Below the pieces are notes generated by a model. That model had not been told where the DNA came from and searched no databases. It saw only the letters and a program-made list of their open reading frames with translations. A program made the position numbers and the translations under genes. Of a stretch of 64,000 nucleotides of DNA, positions 13,881 to 24,414 are shown piece after piece. The stretch covers positions 108,316,001 through 108,380,000 of the forward strand of contig CM052817.1 in the NCBI GenBank assembly GCA_028534125.1, written 5' to 3'. Each line of letters begins with the position of its first letter. Position 1 is the first letter of the stretch. The stretch is from Lama glama (taxonomy: Eukaryota).

Positions 13881-13952
13881 CTGCATAATATTCCACTGAT
13901 CTCTCTCCTGACCTCTGGTGTTCACCTTGGGAATCTTCACTATTAATATCTC
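13881..13952 (-). CDS. GLRB: Candidate alternative cassette exon in intron 9 (E9A-like), in frame with exon 9
   Basis: Branch-like CTAAT, then an AG-free zone, then tttcccttttttggtaaaaacag acceptor at 13953-13954. Frame-0 reading is EILIVKIPKVNTRGQERDQWNIMQ... GT donors follow 27 nt and 40 nt, and a near-donor CAG|TTGGGT follows 72 nt. Confidence 0.55.
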
Positions 13953-15183
13953 CTGTTTTTACCAAAAAAGGGAAACACATCATTGTACACGATTAGCACA
14001 CAGTGGTTACTCCGGCCTTTGCCTTATTAGTAAGATGCGCTGACTAGTTACACGAATTCTATTGTCATTGACTAGATGAGGGCTGGGTAAAGATTACACT
14101 TAAGGTAAAAAGTAAAACTGATTCTTCCCCAGTAGTATGTCAGGTACCAGCAGGCCGTCCTTGACCTGAACAAACACTGAGGTATATTTTCTTGCCAAGA
14201 GCTGGACAGCAGCCTTCAGAAGTGGGGAGCAGAGAAACCAAGAGACACCGGGTGAAAAAACAAGTTAAAATGCATTTACACGTTCTCTCAGGGTTTTGAT
14301 TTTATTAAAACCTCTTCTATAAAGGTATTTGAAGACTGTTATCTTTGAAATGAGTTGTGTGTGTGTCCTGGTGGCGAGCGCCTGTTACAGGAGTCACTTT
14401 TAATGATGGGACAGCTCTGAATGAGGGATAAAACTGGGTTCCCTATGGAGAAGCCCTCAGGCTCTTTAAACAGCTCCTCATTCCTTCCCTAGTTCACTGC
14501 TCCCACCTTCTCCCGCTCAGCAGAGACTTCACACAAACACAGCTTTCCTCTTCAGTTAATGCCCTCTGCACATAATTATCAAATCAAGTATGTACACAAG
14601 CGGACGAAAGTGTTTACAGTATAAATACTGTTTTAAACAATTGTACCATCACATCAAGAGGGATCAAATGAACTAGTTATCAACAAGATAGCACCCCCGC
14701 GTAACACAGTCTTACAGCGGTCTTGCTTCTATTAGTCTCCAATCTATAATTTCCCCATTTTTCCTCACATGAATATGTGTCTCTCATTTACTTTCATCAT
14801 GTAAACGTGTCACTTCTGAAAATGACTGGTAGCAAAAACCGGGTATTATGATAATGAAACTGTCAGGAATAAAAATTAATGATGTGGACAGAACTTCCTA
14901 AGGCTCCAGACCATAGCCAGGGAGATTTGCTTCGTGGTCCTTTTCGGTCCGAATCTGCACACGTTTAAAAGCCAATCACCGCACACAGTATTTCTTAACC
15001 GGAAGACGCAGACATGGTTTCATACGGATAACTGCATCTTCCACAGATGATACAAATGTTTTCACAGGGAAATTTCCTTTATGTATTTTACCAAATTTAA
15101 ATCAATCCTTATTTTAAAAAATATATCATTACTGTAAAGAAACAACTCTCTCATTCGTGCTGCATGTACAGCAGCTTTGATGT

Positions 15184-15331
15184 TTTCAGTTTTGTTTTTT
15201 GTTTTTCTTTGGAGGGGGCGGAATTAGGTTTATGTACGTATATATACAAATTTAATGGAGATACTGAGGACTGAACCCAGGACCTCCTGCATGCTAAGCT
15301 CATGCTTTACCACTGAGCTCTACCCTCCCCC
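15184..15331 (-). mobile_element. tRNA-Ala-derived SINE (camelid Vic-1 type)
   Basis: Reverse complement of a GGGGAGGGTAGAGCTCAGTGGTAAAGC...CTTAGCATGC...GGTTCAGTCC head plus A-rich tail; 12-bp TSD cagctttgatgt at 15172-15183 and 15332-15343. Confidence 0.9.
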
Positions 15332-15939
15332 CAGCTTTGATGTCTTAATTGATTCACATCCATAGACATATTCTACCTTCTATTCACAGCAACACCTTTG
15401 CTGTGAACACACCTGGCACATGCTTGGAGCTGGGAACACGATGTTATTAGCAACAGTAGGTCCTCAACTCTTCTTATTGAATAAAAAAAGAAATATATGA
15501 GTGAACAAGCAAATTACTGCCCAGTTCTTCAACTACTCACCCTGGGCTGGACAAACCCCAAACGCGGGCACAGCTCCCTACGGGCCAGGCATCCAGTAAA
15601 TCGGGAGACTGCCTGCCGTGTGCTGTGTGAAGCCCTCCCTCTTGAGGGGAACAGGTGCGAGACTGAACCAAGAGCATGGGCTCAGCCTTCCGGGCCCCCC
15701 AGCAGCGCCCTGGCCCCCTGCTGGGCTTGTCAGGCGAGAGACAGCAGGAAAGTCTTCCGCAAGACCTCCACACTCAGGGGTGACCATCAGAGCAGAGGTG
15801 CGGCCTTAAACTCCACGCCGAGTCCTCCAGAAATTAGATAAGGTGTTGATTTCCTTTTTGTTAATTACAGTGGGACCTAAGCTTTCTGCTCTCCTCCAGA
15901 AAGTCTGTTGCGCTCACTCCCTTTTCATCCGGGAGAGAC

Positions 15940-16345
15940 AAACGAGTACCAATCCCACGACACCGGCACCCCGACAGGATGCAGGCCGGGGCGGGGGTGG
16001 GGGGCGCGGAAGTCGCTCCGCCGCCGGCCGAGGTCGCGCTCACCTGCAGGGTGCTGATGTGAACGGGGGTGCCCGTGCCGTTCACCGTGTTCTTCTTCGC
16101 CGCGGTGCCCCCCTTCCCATTCGCCTGCTCGGCCTTGGCAATTCTGGCCTTTTCTGCTTCAACGCGTTTAGGGTTGTTCAGCATCACCTGCACCACCGCG
16201 TACTCCACCAGGGACGCAAAGCCGAAGAGCAGGCAGGCGATGAGCCACACGTCCAGCGCCTTCACGTAGGACACCTTGGGGAGCTCGGCCGCCAGCGTGG
16301 TGCACTCGGAGGCCAAGCTGAGGACCGAGAAGATTCCTGCGGGGA
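15940..16345. promoter_or_regulatory. Intragenic CpG-island-like segment over exon 9 and the 5' end of intron 9
   Basis: Dense CpG (e.g. ccgccggccgaggtcgcgctc), a GGGGCGGGG box at 15988-15996, and high GC against AT-rich flanks. Confidence 0.65.
16044..16336 (-). CDS. GLRB: Glycine receptor beta, exon 9 (TM2, TM3, start of intracellular loop ...PVHISTLQ)
   Basis: Minus strand ccccgcag|GAATCTTCTCG...ACCCTGCAG|gtgagc; 293 nt; [13 protein letters not shown] motif; ends in phase 0. Confidence 0.99.
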
Positions 16346-17367
16346 CACAAGCAGGAATTCAAGCTGCTTTTTTCTCCCTCGTGAAATGCTGTGTCATCAT
16401 TTACTCTCGGATGAACGCCCTTCCCAGGAGCTCCCAACGTCCCTCGGGCCCCTTTAAAGCTCAAAGAGTAGAAGAAACCCCACGTACGCACTTTCTATGT
16501 AAGGGTTACTGAATGTGGGTGGGGACGTTTGTAAACACTGAACGTTTAAAAAATAAATAGAAATTAAAGCCAACCTGTAAACACATAATTTGGATCTGGT
16601 TTAAATACTACAGATGTCTAAAACCATTCCATTGTACCTCTGAGGAAGCCACAATGCTCTCTAATTGAACAGGTTATTTCACTTTTCAGCTTTATTACAG
16701 ACAGTTATAGAGCTCAATTTTACCCCCAAAACAACTAAATCAGAACAAGAATAGAACATTTCGTGCAATTTTTGGTAAGATTCAAAATTAAAAAAAAAAA
16801 TAGAGAAGGCAAAGTTGAGAACATCTCTGATTATTTCAGGGAAACAAATGATTCCAGCTTTTCAAGGAAAGAATGCAATTCTGCTCTATGTAATATTAAC
16901 CATATATGGGAGGCTAATAGTTATATATCAATTTAAGTCAAATAATTGTAAAATCTCGAAAGAGAATTGCAATAATTCCTGTCCCTCTTTCTCTTCCTTC
17001 CCACATGTGTTCAGATGGGGTGTGGACACAGGACCCATGGGCACGGAGAACCACGACACACTGGGCCAGGACTCATGCCGGGTCGGGGAAGCCTCCCTCT
17101 CAGTCAACTGGGAGCAGGTCTGCCTTGACCCTGGAGTCCATTTCACCAATGGGGCCACATGCACGTTTTTTCCTCTTAGATACAACCACTTCTGAGAATG
17201 AAAACGTTATCCTGGTAATGAAACATGGGCCTGGCTCTTTGCCCTGGCATTGGGAAGACCAGAAGCACTATATGAGTATCAATTATCAGTGAGGATGTTG
17301 AAAAAATACACATTCCATCAGCTGCACCATTTCAGAGGCTTCTAAAAGGTGCGGAGTTTTTTCTTAA

Positions 17368-17527
17368 TTTTTAAATTTTTTTTATGGAAATGTAGTTGAT
17401 TCAAAGTGGTAGTTTCAGGTGTACAGCAAAGTGATTTGGTTACACACATATGTACATATATATTTTTTTCTTTTTAGGGAACTCTATCAATACCTTGTAA
17501 TGACATATAATGGAAAAGAATCTGAGC
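17368..17527 (-). mobile_element. Short L1 3' end with 5' inversion
   Basis: 17368-17475 is the reverse complement of the terminal L1 3' UTR and tail. 17476-17527 (agggaactctatcaataccttgtaatgacatataatggaaaagaatctga) is the adjacent upstream L1 segment in the opposite orientation. Confidence 0.75.
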
Positions 17528-18062
17528 AAATAGTATTTCTTTGGACAAATATTTTAGCTTTATCTTCAGACAGCCTTCAAATAGGATTACTTTACTGTTA
17601 AGTAACTTCACTGTGAAATTCTGCCTGAATTTTACTAAATTATAAACCAATAAAGAAATGTGAAACCCATCATTCATAAAAATGTGGATTTTTGTAATTT
17701 TAATATTGTGTTCTTACTAAATTATCCCCATTTAATGGAGCTCCCTCTCTTATAAATTCCAGGACTTCTTGGTATAATATTTTAAAAACATGTTTAAAAT
17801 ATCTAGTCCTTATTTGTCAGAAATTTCCCTCCCTAGTGCAAAAATAAATCAAGTCTAGATATCAAATCAGGGAATATGTCATAAAAGTGATACCAACTCT
17901 GATAAATAGATGTGGGGTCTACATCTTTTGAAAGTCAAAACTAACAAATAATATAGAGTATTAATAAATTAGTTACATAAAGAAGTTAACCTGAATGAAA
18001 ACCTCTATAAACAAGTCAGGATGAAGGATAAAGTCATTTAGCTCATCAATATGCAGAAAGAA

Positions 18063-18216
18063 GGTAACTGTATTCAATATCTTGTAGTACTGATAATGGA
18101 AAAATATGAAATAGAATATATATATTTATATATATACATATAAAACAGAATCACTTTGCTGTACACTGGAAACTACACAACCTTGTAAATCAATTCTAAT
18201 TCAATTTAAAAAAAGA
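18063..18216 (+). mobile_element. 5'-truncated L1 3' end
   Basis: tattcaatatcttgta...gaatcactttgctgtacac...A-tail; 12-bp TSD atgcagaaagaa at 18051-18062 and 18217-18228. Confidence 0.9.
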
Positions 18217-18792
18217 ATGCAGAAAGAATTTTATAGTGATGAAATGCTTACTTAAGGGAGCGTTATTTACAGCAACTCAAAGACTGACTACGGGATATCC
18301 AGAGACTTCTTGCCCAGCCAATCTTAGAGTAAACATCAGAAAAATAATTCCTTACTAGCACACACACTCGTAATGTATTGACTGAAAGAGGAATACCAAA
18401 AACTAGAAAAAGGAAAGGAAGAAAAAGAGGGTGAAAAATGGAAAGAAAAAGAGAGGAAAGGTAGAGATAGTATTTGTTATCAATGAAATTGAACCAACAG
18501 AGTAAGTCAAGGAGAAATTGTGGATATACCAACTACTCCCTAAACCCCAAATCATTTTTATCCCCTAGAGAGATGAACTACATTATTCACCAAATTGGTA
18601 CATATGGAGTTGTGATTAATAACATGAAAATTCATCTAGAAACGCTGCTAAATTATATCAGCATGTTATTATTCCTCAACATTTTAATCAAACGATACTA
18701 AAAGGAAAACTACTATTACTATCAGGTGGGAATCCAAAAATACTTTTGGACATTTTTGAAAAAGATCCTTATGATCAAAAAGATCTTGAACC

Positions 18793-19402
18793 TACACGCA
18801 CCCTAGTGTTCGCAGCAGCACTATTTACAATAGCGAAGACATGGAAGCAACCTAAATGTCCATCAACAGATGACTGGATAAAGAAATTGTAGTGTATTTA
18901 TATAATGGAATACTACTCAGCCATAAAAAAGAATAAAATAATGCCATTTGCAGCAACATGGATGGACCTGGAGATTGTCATACTAAGTGAAGTTAACCCA
19001 GAAGAGAAAGAAAAATACCATATGAGATCACTTATATGTGGAATCTAAAAAAAAAGGCACAAATGAACTTATTTACAAAATAGAAACAAGACTCACAGAC
19101 ATAGAAAACAAACTTATGGTTACCAGAGGGAACAGTAGGGGGAGGGATAAATTAGAAGCTTGGGATTAGCAGATACTAACTACTGTATATAAAATAGGTA
19201 AACAACAAGGACCTACTATGTAGCACAGGGAACTATATTCAATATCTTGTAATGGCCTATAATGGAAAAGAATATGAAAATGAATATATATATATGTATA
19301 ACTGAATCACTGTGCTGTACACCAGAAATAACAGATTGTAAATCGACTACACTTCAATTAAAAAAATTTAAATTAAAAAAAAACCCATTTCTTTAGAAAA
19401 AA
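18793..19402 (+). mobile_element. Young L1 3' end (ORF2 C-terminus + 3' UTR)
   Basis: gcagcactatttacaatagcgaagacatggaagcaacctaaatgtccatc...ggaatactactcagccataaaaaagaat...; TSD ending atcttgaacc at about 18777-18792 and 19403-19417. Confidence 0.92.
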
Positions 19403-19989
19403 AAAAAATCTTGAACCACTGCTCCAGATGGTAAGAAAAGATCAGAGTAAGAAAGGTATCATGTGTGGCCTCTACAGGTCTGAACAGTGACCTGAATTAT
19501 TCATCTTTTTTTCATTTATAATTTAAAAGTGTTTGTTTAAAAAAAATCCCTTTCAGCAGCACTTAAAGTATTTTATGTAACAGGAAAAGGGTGTTAGAGT
19601 GAAGTTTACTTACGGTAAAAAGTACCAAAAGTTACTTCCATACGTAAAGAAATAGCTGAAGTCAGAGTCTATGGAAAATTCATAGATGAAGCTCTGATGT
19701 TTGTTAACAATGGAAACAATCAATCAAAAAAAAAGATGGGAAGGAAAACAAAACTAGAACACAAAACTAATATTTTGGAAAGTGAAATGAGTTCAGGGTA
19801 AATGATACAGGTTTTTCTCCTAAATTTTAGAAAATAAAAATTATGGGCATAATCCAAAGAGATTGGCAAATTGATTTGCATAATCTTCCGGAACAATGTA
19901 GGGGGAAAAAGTAGAAAAAAGGAAAGATATTTTGGGTTAAAAGAGTTGTATCCACTGAATATCCTGAAATTTAATCTAAGTCAGTAATA

Positions 19990-21365
19990 TGATTTTTTTA
20001 GGTAAAATTATAAATATGTATGTGTCTAATAATAGAGCTTCAAAATACCTAAAGCATAATTCCATAATCCAAGTTGGACATTTTAACACTCTCTGATCAA
20101 TAACTATAAACCAGACAAAAGACTTAAAAGATTTCAACAGGACTGTCAATCAACTTGACTCCACTAATATTTAAACATTACACCCCACAATGCCTGATAC
20201 ACATTTCAAGGGGACACGGTAAGGTTGCCAGGAGGCATGTGCTGGGCTGGGCCATTCAAAATGTCTCAGTAAATATAAAAGGACTGAAATCATAGAGTAT
20301 GTTCCCTGACAAAATTTAAAAAAAAACATATTCAAGTACTTAAGAAAACCCTAAATATTTGGAAACCTAACTACACGTATCTAAAGAATGCATGGACCAA
20401 ACAAGAAATCACAAGGGAAACGAGAAAATATTTCTTAATGGAAAAAGATGAAAACGCACTACATCAATATGTGTGCACTGCAGCTAAAGCAGGACTTACA
20501 AGGGAAATTTGTAATTTAAATGCTCACAGTAGAAAAGAAGAAAGACCTAAAATCAACTACATAAGTTTCACTTTAAATACCAAAAAGATATCAAATAATA
20601 TCCAAACTAAGTAAAAAAAAAAATAAAGAGCTAAAAGTCAGTGGAAAAAAATAGAGAAAACGAATGAAATCAAGCTGATGTTTTGAAAATACAGAGAAAA
20701 TGGGTAAGTCTTTAGCTAGTGTTCAAAAAAATTCACAATTTAACAATATCACAAACATGTATGAATGATCACTACAGTGAGACATTAAAAGGAAAAGCAA
20801 ATATTATGAGCAATTTTGTGCTAGTAATTTTCCCAACTTATCTAACATCTAGAAATCAATCAACCCTCCTCAGTCTTACCAAGAGATCGACAAAAATCTA
20901 GAGCTGCTATTATACCGAACAGTGAATGTTTCAATTAGAATCAGTAATAAGCATCTCTTACAATTCTACTCAACACTGAACTTGAGGTCCTAGCCACTAC
21001 ATTAAGTCAAAAAACTTAGGTGTTGGGGAGCACATGAAACAAGTGGTAGGAATGCAAAATGGCACCATTATTCTGATAGAACCATGGTAGTATTTTTATA
21101 GAAGTAAAATACATTTTGCCATAAAATCCAGAAATCTCATTCCTAGGTATTTACCCAAGAGTAATGAAAACGTATGTCCACACGGAGACTTGTACAATTA
21201 TTCACAGCAACGTATATAATACAGCCAAACTGAAAACAACCCAAATCTCCAACAATTGTTTAAAGGAAAAACAAGCTGGTGTATCCATACTAGGACACAG
21301 TGCTCAGTAATGAGACAGCACCAAATATTAACACAAGCAACGACATGGATAAGTCTCCAAAGGGT
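19990..21365 (+). mobile_element. Old L1 remnant (ORF2 endonuclease region joined to an L1MB-like 3' part)
   Basis: agttggacattttaacactctct, aaagaatgcatggaccaaacaagaaatcacaaggg, ttcctaggtatttacccaagagtaatgaaaacgtatgtccacac. Confidence 0.75.
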
Positions 21366-21686
21366 AAATACGTCCCTATCCTCTAGTTTTCTCTTTATGA
21401 GTGTGGCGAGACGTGAACATGCCAACGTGTTGACGGATCTCATTCTACATTTATGATCACTGACCTTAAGAAGTCCATGACCCTACAGTCAGAGTGTATT
21501 TCTTGGTCCATGCACCACTTTTTCTCTCTCCAAACCACAACACTCTACCCCACCACACCTGCAACTCATGACCTTGCTTCCTGTTTTATTAAGAAAGCAA
21601 AATCAATTACAAGCCCCACCCGGACATCTATCCACTGCTCTCTGTATGTGCCTACACACTCTGACTTCGGTCCTGATGCTACAGAC

Positions 21687-21889
21687 CAGGGGTCAGTCAA
21701 CTCGATGCACAGGGCAAGTCAGACCCAGCACTGATTTTTATAAATAAAGTTTTGCTGGGTCATGGCCACATCTATTCAGTATGTCTTGTCCAAGGCTGCT
21801 TTAGTGCTACAAAAGCAGATTTAGGGATTTCAACATAAAGCTAAATATTGACTACCCTGTATGTGACAGAAGGCATTTGCTGACCGCTG
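21687..21889 (+). mobile_element. MER58A-like hAT-Charlie DNA transposon
   Basis: TIR-like ends caggggtcagtcaact ... atttgctgaccgctg; internal tttttataaataaagttttgctgg and ggctgctttagtgctacaa. Confidence 0.8.
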
Positions 21890-21973
21890 GAACAAATCAC
21901 ACTGTTCTAAATAGAGAACCAAAAATAAACATGTCATGATTTTGTCCACCTTACAAAACAAAAGGAAGATGCG

Positions 21974-22084
21974 AATACAATAATCGTGGGAGAACTTAAC
22001 ACCCCACTGACATCACTGAACAGGTCTTCCAGACAGAAAAATCAATAAGGCAACCGAGACCCTAAATGACACAACGGGTCAGAC
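21974..22084 (+). mobile_element. Isolated internal L1 ORF2 endonuclease-domain fragment
   Basis: Translates as NTIIVGELNTPLTSLNRSSRQK/INKATETLNDT with one frameshift, matching the L1 EN 'IIVGDFNTPL' region. Confidence 0.8.
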
Positions 22085-22926
22085 TCAGCTCCCATTCCCA
22101 CCCAGCTATTTCTCCATCATCCTTTCCTCTTCACAGTTAATGATCTCCAAGGAGTTGCATTCTGACTCTAGCTCTTCCTCACCTGTTCTCTCTGGAAGTC
22201 ACTCCCACCAGGCTTTCCTCTGCTCCTTACTCCGTGGACCTGTCCTTGTCCTGGACACCAGTGCCTGTCCAGGCTGTTGGGTCCAGTGGGAGTTTTCAGC
22301 CCTAACTTTGACCTACAGGCAGTTGGCCGATCATTCTCCTCGCCTGCAAACACTTCCTGCACTTGGTAGAATCCCAGAAAACCACATCACCCTGGTCGTT
22401 CTGTTCCTCAGTTCCCCAACTTCAGCCCTGAGACTCCTCTGTCTCCACTCCAGGATTACTGCATTAAATATCATCTATTCCTGACAAAGCTGAATTCTGA
22501 CCTCCAATCCCGACTTCTCCGGGACACCCCAGACTTGTACATGCAACTGTCATCCAACATCCTCAGACACTGCAAACTCAGTGTGCCTGGAACCGAGCTC
22601 CTGGTCTTCCACCTTCTCAAAGCTACCTGACCTGCAGCTCTTCTCACCTCAGGCACTGGGAATTCCATCTTGCCAGTCTCTCTTAGCCCAAAACACCTTG
22701 AAGTCATCTTTGATTCTACTTCTTAAATCCCACACACAACACATCTTCACCTCTCTTCATCTCTACTGTATCCATCATCTAAGATTGATGAGCACATCCA
22801 CCACCACCCCGGCCCAGACCACATTGATGTCGGATCTCTTAACCGTTTCCCCAGCTTCCACCTGTGCCCCTTTCAGTCTGTTCTAAACAAAACAGTAAAG
22901 ATAACCAGTTAAAATTTAAACCAGTT

Positions 22927-23084
22927 ATTCAATATCTTGTAGTCACCTATAATGAAAAAGAACATGAAAAGGAATGTATGTATGTCTATGTAGGACTGAA
23001 ACATGATGCTGTGCACCAGAAATTGACACAACATTGCAAATCCACTATACTTCAATTGAAAAAATACGATGCAAAGGCAAAAAA
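22927..23084 (+). mobile_element. 5'-truncated L1 3' end inserted in L2
   Basis: TSD aaaatttaa(ac/gt)cagtt at 22911-22926 and 23085-23100; L1 3' UTR motifs and A-tail. Confidence 0.88.
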
Positions 23085-23714
23085 AAAATTTAAGTCAGTT
23101 AATGCTCAGAAGCCCTCAGGGGCTTCACGTTTCACTCGGAATAAAAGCCAAAGCCACCAGAGTTCCTTGGGGAACGCCGCTCGGCCCACTCCTCACCTTG
23201 TTGCTTTTCTGACCTTGTCTCTGAATCTCCCTTTCTCTTACTCTGTTCCAGCCACACTGCACTGCCTGGTGCTCCCCAAAGACCCCAGGCAGCTTCTGCC
23301 TCGAGAACGCTGCCCTGATGGTCGTGGCCCAGGACCCCCCTTTTCCCGAGACCCACAGTGATGCATTTTTTCACCTCCTCCACATCTCCATCCAGGATCA
23401 CTTCCTCCTGGCATCTCCTGGCCAGCAGGCTGCTGCCCTCAACTTTCATCCCTGTATCACCATCTTATATATTACATGTTGTACTTCTTTGGTGTCTGTT
23501 TCTTCCCAAGAAAGGATAAACTCGTTGAGGCTGAGTTATTGTCTTTTTTAAATCTATTTTGTTAACTATTCATGAGCTATTTACTCTTTAAGGTAGCCCC
23601 ATCTTTTTGCATGGTACCTAGCGCACAGTCAGCGCACAATAAATATTTCTTGAATGGATCAAAATGGGTAGAGGTGCTCTGCACACTGTGAAGTCATTTG
23701 TAAGTGAGGCAGAG

Positions 23715-23925
23715 CATTAGCTCCTGACTGTGCCGCGTGGGCTGTGCACCCATTTTTTCAGTCCTCCAGAAAGCCCCCAGGGACTTTCCCACCCCTGTCG
23801 GCATGTCCTCAGAGTATGTTCACAGGGACGGGATCTGTCGCCCAGGTGGGCACAGCCAGCAGGCACAGAGCTGGAATTCAAACCCAGGTTGACTCCAGAG
23901 ACTGACTTTTGACCATTAAGCAATT
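23715..23925 (-). mobile_element. MIR remnant
   Basis: ggcacagccagcaggcacagagctggaattcaaacccaggttgactccagag. Confidence 0.6.
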
Positions 23926-24386
23926 CTCTCCATTGGCAAGTCTGCGCGGTGCTGAGTGGCAGCTCAGGGACTTCACATCCCAAGTCCTGCAACAGAAGAG
24001 GATTTACAGACACTGTCCTTCAAGAAGATGCCAGGGGCTGGGATGTCTCCAAAGCACCCTTAGAGGCCTCTAACTTCAATTTATGTCACTACCAGGGAGT
24101 AAGATACTCCTAATAAACACAATTTAACAATTTGAGGGAAATGCATGATATTTTTGACAAGCTTAAGTGAGAACTTAAATCTACTTTTGAGAGTGTTTCA
24201 TTCTCAGTATAATTACTACATAGTTAATTCTCATTCCCTGAGGGATTAATTTATCAACTGTAATTATCTTCATCACAGATACCTAACCCTTAGGATGAAA
24301 TTACCCCCATTTATTGCTTATTAAGATATAGATTTGATCTTTGTGGGTTTTTATTAATAAACCACCAACATTCTTATTCAGATGAA

Positions 24387-24414
24387 ACTGTCACTGTCAC
24401 TGTCACTGTCACTG
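24387..24414. repeat. Hexanucleotide tandem repeat (ACTGTC)4.7
   Basis: actgtcactgtcactgtcactgtcactg read directly. Confidence 0.9.

Larger units (their letters stand above)
21450..23660 (+). mobile_element. LINE-2 remnant, interrupted by MER58A-like and L1 insertions
   Basis: Pyrimidine-rich L2-like body ending in cctagcgcacagtcagcgcacaataaatatttcttgaatgga (L2 3' terminus). Confidence 0.7.

Noticed and set aside
15861..16043. In-frame read-through of exon 9 into intron 9 (VSATSAGGG...)
   Set aside because: Strong CAG|gtgagc donor; the open frame is explained by stop-poor GC-rich sequence.
15843..16457. 204-aa plus-strand ORF antisense to exon 9
   Set aside because: Shadow frame caused by the high GC of exon 9; no recognisable domain and a non-ATG start.
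22864..23361. 165-aa plus-strand ORF
   Set aside because: Runs across an L1 3' UTR insert and an L2 remnant; chance frame.
23935..23956. RE1/NRSE-like gcggtgctga (and gtccgcggtg at about 7029)
   Set aside because: Only a half-site or core matches the 21-bp REST consensus, which is expected by chance in 64 kb.
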